Shown: positions 41,520 to 52,896 of the stretch, one piece after another
How positions within the stretch are numbered: the first letter of the stretch is position 1
Layout of the letters: every line of letters starts with the position of its first letter
Translations under genes and position numbers: made by a program
Notes under the pieces: model-generated
What the model saw: the letters and a program-made list of their open reading frames with translations, nothing else
The model's database searches: none
Told to the model about the DNA's origin: nothing
Origin: Candidatus Poribacteria bacterium
Lineage (GTDB): Bacteria > Poribacteria > WGA-4E > WGA-3G
DNA: 64,000 nucleotides
NCBI GenBank assembly: GCA_965205025.1
Contig: CBDBFU010000026.1
Coordinates: 32,001-96,000 of the forward strand
Direction: 5' to 3'

Positions 41520-41551
41520 AGGCAGGTATCCATTATTGGGTATCTGCCTTT
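41520..41551 (+). terminator. Terminator of cassette 2
   Basis: AGGCAGGTATCCA-TTAT-TGGGTATCTGCCT-TT; both changes relative to copy 1 give G-U pairs. Confidence 0.75.
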
Positions 41552-42069
41552 GTTCTCTTTTCCTTTCCTACCTTTTTTATTTTCTGCTACGCATTCCTTC
41601 ATTTGTTTTCGGACAGATTTCTGTATGAATACAAGAGCGTCTATCCCTTCATTTCCCAAGCACTGTTGAAATTGTTCATCTCCGAAAAAGTTTACACACC
41701 CATTATCAAAGTCACGTTGGATTAAGTACAGTAAATAATGATATAATTTTCTGGCCTGGGTGTTTGTCCTTTCTAAGCTATGTGGATATTTTATAGCTTT
41801 AGGTCAGACTCTCATTTATTCAAGTATTTTGACGAATGTATTGATACTTACTAAAGCATATTATCTACCTAATTGTTTATTATCTGAACAAGATTGACCA
41901 AATTCTTTACATACATATTTATAATTCTACCTATTTATGGAAGGATTCTTTCTATTTGTAATGTCAAAATAATTATCCTTCTTCCCTACAAAGCCTACCT
42001 AAGCCACCCTCTTTATTACATACATTATTTATTTGTAATTCACATGATTTCAATATTGTTTTAGCGTGT

Positions 42070-42084
42070 TGGCATAGTAATTGC
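42070..42084 (+). promoter_or_regulatory. Sigma54 -24/-12 promoter
   Basis: TGGCAT-AGTAA-TTGC with canonical GG-N10-GC spacing, upstream of 42244. Confidence 0.6.
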
Positions 42085-42243
42085 GAAATGTATAATATTG
42101 ATGAATTAATTAAGCAATGTTAAAAAATCTTATGTTTTTAGGAAGGGTGGAAGAAGTGTTTGTGTTCGCTATTTTCCCAACTTCCATGCATCTAATCCTC
42201 CAACGCATCTGAAAACCAAAACAAATAAATTTAATCTTTAAAC

Positions 42244-43197
<954 letters not shown>

Positions 43198-43335
43198 AGA
43201 TAATCAGGTCTGCCATTTTAGAATTAGACATAAAAACTGAATAAGAATAATTACACTATGTATACTGTATACAGAGATAAGTTATTCATAAGTGGACAGT
43301 TCACTAATATCATATTGTATGTTATCTGATGAAAT

Positions 43336-43795
43336 GTTATAATTATGACTTGTGCCAGTTAACTAAATGTATTTGTTGTTTTTACGGATTTTGGTTTTTT
43401 ACTATAGACATTCCGTCCCTACGGGACTCAAGATAGTGGTCAAACACGTTTTCTATAGACATTCCGTCCCTACGGGACTAAAGAAAGTCTTAACTAATGT
43501 AGGATATTCATATCAACTATTGTATATGTGAAATTATTGGTTGCTAAAAGTTATTTAGCACAACTCGTTATAATTATGACTTATGTTAGTTACGTGATAG
43601 TCTTGTTGTTTTTCACAACTGTTCATATTCTGTAGGAGCGCTCTCCGAATAGCGACACGTTTGTAGGTGAGAATCGGAGTTCCCACCTACCTTGAGGTTG
43701 TCGGCATGGAAAAAGTTGATGAATATAGACTCAAACGAGACGAACATATGAAATGTATACATAACAAATGTTAACTAACACAACGCGTTATAATT
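43336..43795. mobile_element. Two tandem MITE-like units separated by GTTATAATT direct repeats, each with different REP cargo
   Basis: GTTATAATT at 43336, 43567 and 43787; units start ATGACTTRTGYYAGTTA and end TARCACAACKC. Confidence 0.6.
43402..43479 (+). repeat. 27-bp REP-like direct repeat pair
   Basis: CTATAGACATTCCGTCCCTACGGGACT at 43402-43428 and 43453-43479; contains a GTCCC-TAC-GGGAC hairpin. Confidence 0.85.
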
Positions 43796-43828
43796 GGAAA
43801 TACTTCATCCATATCACCGGATATCAAG

Positions 43829-45861
43829 ATGCATAACATTAATAAATACACCATCAAGAATTTATTACTCCAATTTATATTATTCCAAATACTGAGTTTC
43901 ATAAGTATTTCCGCTCAGGTAAATCAAGAACCCGTTGAACTTGAGAAAATTGTTGTAACTCCTGGTAGGTTTATGATCTACGATGGTCCAGTTCCCCAAT
44001 TATCACTTTCCAAGACAGAAATAGAACAGTTTCCGTTAATTGGTAACGATATAATGCGTTCAGGTCATATTTTTCCTGGAGTTGTAGCCAGTGATTATAG
44101 TGCTCGTTTCAGTGTACGTGGTGGAGAAAAAGGATGGTGTATCCGTACGGTTAGATGGAATGGAACTCTATAACCCTTATCATCTACAGGATTTTGGTGG
44201 AGCAATATCCCTAATCGGTCTTAAGTTAATCCAACGTGCAGATCTTTTGATGGGAGGGTTTCCTGCAGAGTATGGTCAGAAGATGTCAGGAGTCTATGAT
44301 ATTACGACGAAATCACCAAATCCTGATAAGATCTCCGCTAATTTGGGTATTGATCTCATAAACACAACTGTAGTGTTGGAAGGTCCAATAACCGATAAAG
44401 GTGGATGGCTTCTTTCTGCACGCCGGGGTTATATTGACCTCATTTTGGCACTCATAGATATTGATGAACAATACAATCCACAATATGCAGATGTATACGG
44501 TAAGTTTGTGTATAAACTCACTAACGACGATACAATAACGCTAAATGGGTTATACGGTTGGGATAAAAACCTCATACGAGTTGATGATATAGATAATAAT
44601 TTGGATTCACAATATGACAATTCAACCATTTGGTTGAAATGGAAACACTCTTTCGGTACATCACATTGGTCAGATGTTTATGTTTTTGGTGGGACATCAA
44701 GTCAAGATAGAACAACAGGGAAGGAGGATCATGATAATCGAGATTTTAGGTTTTTGGGTACAAAAGTTGAATACACAGCTAACATATTAGAGAAACACAC
44801 TTTACGTACTGGTCTTGAGTGGCGTTGGTTATTTGGTGAATATCAATACGATGTCAATGAACGGATCGCAGGTATAGAAAAATATAGACATATTAATGCT
44901 GATATTGAAGATAGCGGGAGCGATATAAAATTTTTCCTACAAGATGAGTGGCAACTTCATTCTAAAGTCGCGCTTAATGTTGGTGGACGATATATAGTAC
45001 AAAACTATCGTGAACCTGATATACAAACCTATGAAATTGGTCCACGGCTCGGACTTGCAGTACGACCAAAAAAGAACTTAGTATTACGGGGTGCATGGGG
45101 AATTTACCATCAACCTGTAGATATTATGTCTATACCTGTGGAAGATGATATACAGTCCGTAGGTCGCGCAGAACAAGCTATTCACTATATATTAGGATGT
45201 GAATATAATCCGAGCAATAATTTCCTTATTCGTCTTGAAGGATATTATAAGGAATACGACAATTTGGTAGGTAGACTTAGGGAATTTGGTCGACAAACAC
45301 AGATTTTTGCATCCCCTGAATCGGCTAATGCTAAAGGGTTTGATGTATTTGCTTCCCATGCGGTTTCATCTCGATTTACATGGGGACTGGGGTATGCATA
45401 CGGTATCGCAAAAGAACAGACAAAAGAAATATCAATCTATCGACAAAATGATCGACGCCATTCTCTGTTTCTAAGTAGTAGTTATCAGATAGCTACAACT
45501 TGGCATCTTTATCTTAGTTGGCGTTTTCATTCAGGTGATCCAAGAACACCGCTCATACACAAACCTGTTACATTAGATGGCAGTATCATAGCATGTGACC
45601 GACAGTTTGGTGATACACATTCTGAACGTCTTCCTTCCTATCATAGTCTCGACTTTAGAATAACAAAACGTAGTCCATATAAACGATGGAACCTATCTTG
45701 GTATTTCCAAATCCTGAATCTATATAACAACACGAATGTAGATCAATATGCATTTAGTGAAGTGCGGGGACGAAAATACGAACGAAATTACAGGTTGTGA
45801 AATTGGAGAAGAGCCATTGTTACCTATAATCCCAACCTTAGGGTTGACGATTACATTTTAG
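43829..45861 (+). CDS. TonB-dependent receptor (two +1 frameshifts)
   Basis: LEKIVVT TonB-box-like motif, FSVRGG, GGFPAEYG..MSGV plug motifs and RLPSYHSLD. Removing one A (44127-44131) and one G (45766-45769) gives one ORF ending IIPTLGLTITF. Confidence 0.82.
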
Positions 45862-45886
45862 CTTGGATATGATAGAGAATAACACT

Positions 45887-47833
45887 CTAATTGCTCAGTG
45901 TTAGTAAGTTCCATATCAGTACTGTTCCATCAGAACTTACACTTGCAAGTGTTTCGTTATCCGGTGAAAACACAACGGCATTGACGTTTTGTGTATGTCC
46001 GGTAAAAGTTTGTAAGTGTTGTCCTGTCTTTGTATTCCAGATATGGACAGCATTGTTTCCTTCACTTGAACTTGCAAGGATACTACCATCAGGGGAATAT
46101 GACAATGAAGTTACTTGTCCTGCTTCTTCAATTGGCGGCAGCATCAAGTCACCTGATTTAACATTCCATAATCGGATTGTGCCATCCCGACTTCCACTGA
46201 CAAGTGTTATGCCATCTGGAGAAAATGTGATTGCAGTGACTGCATCTTCATGATCTGTCAGAACTTTTAGGGAAGTTCCGGTGTCTACATCCCAAAGTCG
46301 AATAGTTTTGTCATGACTTCCACTTGCAAGTGTTTTACCATCGGGAGAGAATGCTAATGAAGTGACACTCTCTGTATGTTCAGTCAAGGTCGTCAAACGA
46401 TCACCAATTAGATACATTTCACCTTTGCGTATTTCCCACAGACAGACAGGAAAATCTCTATTGGTTTGTTTCTGATTTCTTGTTTTCTGATTATTGACTC
46501 CGCCTCCGCTTGCAAGCAGGTTTCCATCAGGTGAAAAGGCAACCGAAGAAATTACTTCTTTATGTCCAGAAAAGCTTCCGAGAAATCGTCCAGTCTTCGT
46601 GTCCCATAGGCGTACCTTTTTAGATGTACCACCGGTAGCAAACAATTTTCCATCGGGAGAATATGCAATAGAATAAACATCACAAGACGGTTCAGTGATG
46701 TTATTCAGCAGTTCGCCGGACTGAGGATTCCAAAAACGAATTTCAGACTCTGTACCACAAGTGAGTGTGCTGCCGTCAGTTGAATAAACAGCAGAATAAA
46801 TCTCAGTTGATAGATGAGCAGTTATCTCATTTATGAGTTTCCCTGTTGCTGCATCCCAGAACCGAATCGTGCCATCGTCACTTCCACTTGCTATTGTCTT
46901 TTCGTCCGGTGAAAACGTTGCAGAATTGACCGTGTCACGGTGTCCCACGCTGACTATAGGTTTCGCAGTGTTAACATCCCAAATATCAACTCTGTCCCAG
47001 TTGCTTGCGGTTAAAAGGTGACGTCCATTGGAAGAAAACTCTATAGATTTCAAATCACCTATCCACTTTGTGTAATTCTTGATGAGTTTTCCTGTTTCGA
47101 CATCCCAAAATAGGAGTGGATTTTCCCCGGCACCAGCAAGTAATAGGCAATCTGATGAAAACTTTGCAGAATTCAACTTTGCATCAATCAGTTCGGTTTT
47201 TAAGTGTTCACCTGACTCAATGTTCCAGTACTCAATTTCCATTTCGTATTGGCTATGAGGTCCGACAATTAGCAGTGTGGTACCATCAGGAGAGTATGAC
47301 ATTTCTGTCGCTGACAAACTATTAGACTTGATGGTTTTTACAAGATTGCCAGTTTCCGTTTCCCATATTCTGATTTGCCAATCTTCACTATCACTGGCGA
47401 ATGTCTTTCCGTTCGGATGGAATGCTATCTTATTTATACCATCTTCATGTCCATCGCATGTGTTTATGTGCTGTTTAGTGTTTACGTCCCATAATCGAAT
47501 AGTGTTATCCTCACTTCCAGTTGCAATAGTATTACCGTCAGGACTGAAAACAATAGATGTTACTGGACCGGTATGTCCTGTGAGTAGGTCGAGTGCGTCT
47601 CCTGTTTGGACATCGTAAATCCAGATTCCGATGGTCGTAGCAACAGCAATTCGTTCTCCATCTGGAAAGTATTTCAGTTGGTAAATTTTGCTTTTGCCAA
47701 AACGTGCTTTTGCCCCCTTAGGTAATCCCACACGTGTATCATCTTGACAGAAGGCAAGAGTTGACATGAATGTAAGGATGAATAGTATAGAAATTAATGG
47801 AAATGTAGCGAATAAGAGACTAAGTATTTTCAT
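45887..47833 (-). CDS. Secreted WD40 repeat protein
   Basis: Signal peptide; GLPKGAKARFGK; many GH..V.S..FSPDG..LASGS.D.TIRLWD repeats. Confidence 0.93.
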   Translation of the reverse strand: MKILSLLFATFPLISILFILTFMSTLAFCQDDTRVGLPKGAKARFGKSKIYQLKYFPDGERIAVATTIGIWIYDVQTGDALDLLTGHTGPVTSIVFSPDGNTIATGSEDNTIRLWDVNTKQHINTCDGHEDGINKIAFHPNGKTFASDSEDWQIRIWETETGNLVKTIKSNSLSATEMSYSPDGTTLLIVGPHSQYEMEIEYWNIESGEHLKTELIDAKLNSAKFSSDCLLLAGAGENPLLFWDVETGKLIKNYTKWIGDLKSIEFSSNGRHLLTASNWDRVDIWDVNTAKPIVSVGHRDTVNSATFSPDEKTIASGSDDGTIRFWDAATGKLINEITAHLSTEIYSAVYSTDGSTLTCGTESEIRFWNPQSGELLNNITEPSCDVYSIAYSPDGKLFATGGTSKKVRLWDTKTGRFLGSFSGHKEVISSVAFSPDGNLLASGGGVNNQKTRNQKQTNRDFPVCLWEIRKGEMYLIGDRLTTLTEHTESVTSLAFSPDGKTLASGSHDKTIRLWDVDTGTSLKVLTDHEDAVTAITFSPDGITLVSGSRDGTIRLWNVKSGDLMLPPIEEAGQVTSLSYSPDGSILASSSEGNNAVHIWNTKTGQHLQTFTGHTQNVNAVVFSPDNETLASVSSDGTVLIWNLLTLSN

Positions 47834-47894
47834 GTATGTATGACTCCTATAATGGTGTGGTAAGCAGGATTGCTGTCTCTATAATGAAACGAAC

Positions 47895-50626
47895 CTATTG
47901 GGGGACGTTCCACAGAAGAATAGTACTGTCCCATCCTGAAGTTGCAAGCGTTTGACCATCTGGTGAATATTGCATGAAATAAATATCTTGTATATGTCCT
48001 CTGTCAGAAGTTTGAATGACTTCACCAGTATCAGCATCACAAAAGGATAATCTTTCGTTCGAGTCAATGCCAACAATAGTGCGTCCATCTGGAGAGTAAG
48101 TCCGAAAATATGTTTTTTCTTCTGACGTAATGGTTCTAATGGGTTCATCACTATCTTTATGCCAAAACTGGATCTCAGGTTTTTTATATTCCCATGACAC
48201 AAATTTTTCCCAGTTTGGGGAAAGTGCGACAGTGTCACCGCGAATTGCTCTTACATTTTCTCCGGTATTTATATCCCAAAAACGTATCATTCCAGAATCA
48301 CCCGAACTCACAAGCATTTTTCCATCTGGTGAATATTCAATTTCTCTGACAATATCCTTCTCTCCTGTTAGAACTTTTATAGTTTCACCTGTGTTGACAT
48401 CCCACAATCTGATTGTCTCATCCCAACCCCCACATGCAAGTGTATTTCCATCAGGACTGAATGCCAATGATTCAATGGTATCCTTGTAACCAGTAAAAAC
48501 GCGTCCGTGTTCCCCTGTTTTCGTGTTCCATAACCAAACCGTATTCCTTGTGCTATCCCAACCCCCACATGCAAGCGTTACACCATCCGGAGCATAAGTG
48601 ATGCAAGTAATCCTTTTTGGATGCGGATTGTATGTTTTCAACAATTTTCTGGTATATGTATCCCATAACCGAAGACGTTTCATTGAACTTACGAGAGCCA
48701 AAGTGCTTCCATCGGGTGAGTATTCCATATCTGTAAACATATTTGCATAACCAGTGATTGACCGTATGTGTGTGTTTGAAGCAACATCCCAGAACCGAAC
48801 TGCACCATCACTCCCAGTACTTGCCAGTGTTTTCCCATTTGGAGAAAAGATAACTTTCTCTGTTGATGCTGGTGGACTTGAAATGGTGTTGCGTTTTTCT
48901 TCGTTAGACACATTCCAAAATTGAATTATGTCATTATCGTTGTTTATTACTCACCAGTGTATTTCCATCAGGACTAAAACACGAGGGAAGCAACAACATC
49001 ATCAACTCCAACGGAACCAGTTACATTTACTATTGTTGTTTTAAGTTTACCTGTCTGTGGTTCCCATAAGTGAATTGTACCAACATCACTGCCACCTGCA
49101 ATGGTTTTTCCGTCAGATGAAGATGCTATAGAGGTAAGATTTCCCGTATGTCCAGAAAATGTACGTATGAATTCTCCGTTGTTAGCATTCCATAGGTGGA
49201 TTGTCCCCTCACTCCTACCATAACTAAGAAGCATTTCACCATCTTTTAAATACATTACTTCTGATACTCTATTTGCATGTCCAGCAAAGGTAAAGCGGAG
49301 TTCACCAGTAGATACATCCCATATACGTATTGTTTCATCATAACTTCCGCTTGCGATTGTCTTCCCATCGGGACTAAAGGTAATTGATTTGACTATATCT
49401 TGATGTCCAGAAAATGTTCGTATCTGTTCTCCATTTTTTAAGTCCCAGAGCAAAATCGTGTTATCTTTTCCCTCACTCGCAAGCAGTTGGTTGTTTGGAC
49501 TGAAGGCAATCGCAGAAATACTATCGGTGTTTTGTGTGAGTAGGTCAATTTCTTTTCCTGTGTGTGCGTCATAGATCCATATACCGATTGTACCTGCTGC
49601 GGCAAATAACGTGCCATCAGGTGAATACTTCATATCAAATACGAAACCTTTACCAAGGCGCGCTTTAGCATCTTGAGGTAATTTCCATTGTGTAGAATCT
49701 TGATCAATATTGTTTTCCATAGGTGTTTCTCCACTTTGAAGTCCATCGTTGCTGTTAATTCCGGGGACAGTATCGCTTCCAATCCGATTTCGTAGATCAG
49801 ATTCTGATTTAATATTGAGGATTATCGGGGCTTCAACAATTTCTATAGTTGTTTCTGATTGCGCATCAAAACTATATGGCAACTGATAACGAGTTAAGAG
49901 TTGATTGCTTATACCTAATAAGAATACTATTAAGAAAATAGTAGAACCCAACGCTCCTAACGGTAACAGGGGTTTCGTACCAGAAGGAGGTGTTGGTTCT
50001 GTGTCATTGATTTTCTGCATGATATTATCTGTTAGATTTGGGGATATTGGAACACTACCGAGAGTTTCGCGTATAATGGTTACATCTTCCCTTAGACGTT
50101 TGCGTGCACGGCTCAACCGACTTTTTACTGTGTTCGGTGACACTCCTAAGAACATTCCAATTGCGTCACAGGTCATCTCGCCAAGATAGTGGAGTATTAC
50201 GACTGTGCGTTCAATTTCTGGTAGTTTTTCCAGTAGCTTTTGTACAATTTCACGACGGTATTCAATTGCCTTCCCTTCACGTTCTTGCGAAATATAGTAT
50301 GCATAAGCAGATTCATCTAATGTTTCTTGACTCATGGTATTCAACGAATGAATTGAATGTTTGTTCTTACGTTTCCATGCAATGCACTGTCTTTTTGCTA
50401 TAACATAGAGCCAACCAGAAAATAATTTTGGATTCTTAAGGGTAGGTAATTTATTGTACACCTGCAAGAAGGCATCTTGGGTGATTTCTTCAGCAATATG
50501 GTAATCACCAATTTCCCGCCATGCAAGTGCATGAACGCTCTTTTGGTGTCTTTGAACTAACTCGCTAAAGGCAGCTTCATCACCTGACAGTATATCTTGG
50601 ATTAATTCAATGTCATCTTTTTTCAT
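47895..50626 (-). CDS. ECF sigma factor - TM helix - WD40 repeat fusion (two +1 frameshifts near 48943-48979)
   Basis: Sigma region 2 (AEEITQDAF, FSGWLY.IA) and region 4 (VSPNTVKSRLSRAR); TM LGALGSTIFLIVFLLGI; the split WD repeat rejoins as SLVFSPDGNTLVS..IQFWNV. Confidence 0.85.
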
Positions 50627-50660
50627 CAGATCTCTCAAAAATAGTGAATCTGAATATACA

Positions 50661-50689
50661 TGACGCGATTTCGAGGTGAAATAGTTGCA
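50661..50689 (-). promoter_or_regulatory. Putative ECF-type (autoregulatory) promoter
   Basis: Minus strand TGCAAC-N18-CGTCA, about 35 nt upstream of the ECF gene ATG. Confidence 0.4.
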
Positions 50690-50732
50690 TCGTTGACATA
50701 ATTTTGCAAAAAATGTATATTTTTAATTATAA

Positions 50733-52748
50733 CTATAGATAATCTGTCAGATTCCAAAGCAGAATAGTGCCGTCATGACTCGCACTGGCTAAAAGTTTGT
50801 TGTCTGGAGAGAAGGCGAGTTCAATCACATCTGAGACATGTCCGTTAAAAGTGACAAGATGTTTACCGCTCGCGACTTCCCACAGACCAATGGGATACCT
50901 CTTTAAATCCTTGTTCCAAGATGCTATACTTGCTAAGTACTTCCCACCTGAAGAGGATACAGGTTTTTCAACATACTCACATTCTTGAGGTAGTGATAAC
51001 CTCTTTTCAATTTCAAACTGTTTCGATTCATATAGGCATGTATCATCCTCGCAGAATTTTCGGAGGGTGATATCCCAATATGGAATTTCTTCATCTCCAA
51101 AGCAAACAAGGTGCTGTCCACAATCGCAAAATCGGAATCCCGTGACTCTATCATTTGGTAACAATTCTATCTCTTGACCAAGTTCCATGTCCCACAGTCT
51201 GACATTTCTTGCCTTTGATTCACTTACGAGTAATTTTCCATCCTGACTGAATTTCAACTCATAAACAAAATCGCCATCATCGTCGTCATCGTCAACGTTT
51301 TCATCACTTGGCTCAAGGGGATGCATAAATTCATGAAGTTTCTCTCCATTCTGCACATCCCACACTTGTACGGTGCCGTCCTCGCCAGCATAAGCGAATA
51401 GCGTGCCTGTTGGCGTTAATACTGGAAACGCGCTCCAGTATAGTCGTCCAGTTCCTTCAATTAGTGGAATTCCATCACCATCAGCATCCCAGAGGGTAAC
51501 AGTGTCATCTTTGATACTTGCGACATGGAATTTACCACTATCAGTTTTATACAGAAACTGATTTTTACCAGCTGATTCCACTTGAACTGCTGGACGCAAA
51601 CGTTTACTTGCAACATCCCACAACACGACACCCTCATGATGATGCTGAACGGCTAACGTCTTTCCATCCTGCGAGAAGAACATTGATGTTGGAAACGAGA
51701 TAGGTGAATGCACTAATTGACGTTTAACAGGATTGTCAGTAGTCCACACGTTGATAAATTCATGTCTGCACTCGTAAGCAAGTTGTGAACCGTTTGAAAA
51801 TAGGACATTGTTGCCCCAATCACCAGTATAGGAAAAATCAATAGTATTGCCCCATACCTGATCCGTGTAAAGTTCTTCTCCACTTTCAAGGGTACGGACA
51901 GAAATAGTAGCTGGACCGGTATCGTCATAATGGACAATTGCTGCGCGGAGAATACCATCCGGTGTCCAAGAAGGGATAATACGATAGACGCGACCATAAT
52001 CGGTATAGCACTTCACTTGTTGCCACGTATGAACATCCCAAACGTACACGGTGCCATCTTCGCCACCAGAGGCGAGAAACTTCCCGCATGGTGAAAAACA
52101 AAGTGTAGTTACCCAATAGGTGTGTGCTGAGAGGAACGCAATTTGTTCACTGCTTTGCATATCCCATACGACTATTGACTCCGCCCCGTCTGTAGTAGCA
52201 GAGTTGCAGGTAGACGCAATCAGTCGAGTATCAGGTGAGAAACAAACTGGGCGGTAGATTCCACCTTTTCCAATATCTGCGGTTAATCTTGCAAACGGAT
52301 TCCCAGTTTCCGCATGCCAAACTTCAACGACAGATGTACTCCAATAAGCTACGGCAAAATAACGGTTATCATGGGAAAAGGTCAATCCTTCTAAGAAAGT
52401 CTCTGATTTGACTTGTGTCAAGCAATTGCTGTTCTGGACATCCAAAGTCTTAAGTATTCGACTTGAGAAACTGACGGCTATCCATTTTCCGTTAGGCGAA
52501 AAGGCAACAGATTCTACAACCCCTTGATACTCCTCCCAAAGTGCGATTGGAGAAAGCTTTTTCAGGTCATATAACCAGAGTCCTATGCATGTGCCAATAG
52601 CAAGATATTGTCCATCAGCTGAAAATGCGATTTTAGGTTCACTTCCACGTCCTAATCGGGCTATCGCGCCTTCGGGAAGTGCCCAAGTTGTCACATCACC
52701 TTCAAATGAACCTACTGGCATAGGGATTGAGCGTTTTTGGTTTTCCAT
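50733..52748 (-). CDS. WD40 repeat protein, sigma-less paralog of 61613-64000
   Basis: WALPEGAIARLGRG and WD repeats; collinear with the C-terminal part of the 61613 protein; AGGAGA RBS. Confidence 0.9.
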   Translation of the reverse strand: MENQKRSIPMPVGSFEGDVTTWALPEGAIARLGRGSEPKIAFSADGQYLAIGTCIGLWLYDLKKLSPIALWEEYQGVVESVAFSPNGKWIAVSFSSRILKTLDVQNSNCLTQVKSETFLEGLTFSHDNRYFAVAYWSTSVVEVWHAETGNPFARLTADIGKGGIYRPVCFSPDTRLIASTCNSATTDGAESIVVWDMQSSEQIAFLSAHTYWVTTLCFSPCGKFLASGGEDGTVYVWDVHTWQQVKCYTDYGRVYRIIPSWTPDGILRAAIVHYDDTGPATISVRTLESGEELYTDQVWGNTIDFSYTGDWGNNVLFSNGSQLAYECRHEFINVWTTDNPVKRQLVHSPISFPTSMFFSQDGKTLAVQHHHEGVVLWDVASKRLRPAVQVESAGKNQFLYKTDSGKFHVASIKDDTVTLWDADGDGIPLIEGTGRLYWSAFPVLTPTGTLFAYAGEDGTVQVWDVQNGEKLHEFMHPLEPSDENVDDDDDDGDFVYELKFSQDGKLLVSESKARNVRLWDMELGQEIELLPNDRVTGFRFCDCGQHLVCFGDEEIPYWDITLRKFCEDDTCLYESKQFEIEKRLSLPQECEYVEKPVSSSGGKYLASIASWNKDLKRYPIGLWEVASGKHLVTFNGHVSDVIELAFSPDNKLLASASHDGTILLWNLTDYL

Positions 52749-52825
52749 AAAGTCTTCTCCTTGTCTTTGATCAAGGGTATCTTGAAGTATGGATTCTTCC
52801 TGTTTTAAACGATTTCGCGCTCGGT
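52749..52825 (-). pseudogene. Remnant of ECF sigma region-4 end and linker
   Basis: Encodes RARNRLKQEESILQDTLDQRQGEDF in frame with 52748 and matches 63640-63716; homology stops at a REP/MITE-end fragment. Confidence 0.8.
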
Positions 52826-52896
52826 CATTGTGCGCATTCGGTGTTGTTTCCCCATGGGATTTATCAAACTCACTTTACATCTATACTCCAGTACCA

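Noticed and set aside
37256-41551. Diversity-generating retroelement TR/VR pair
   Set aside because: No reverse transcriptase is present, the differences are not adenine-specific, and the repeats are whole genes
43402-43479. Possible CRISPR repeat-spacer-repeat
   Set aside because: Two copies only, sitting inside a MITE-like shell; better explained as a REP doublet
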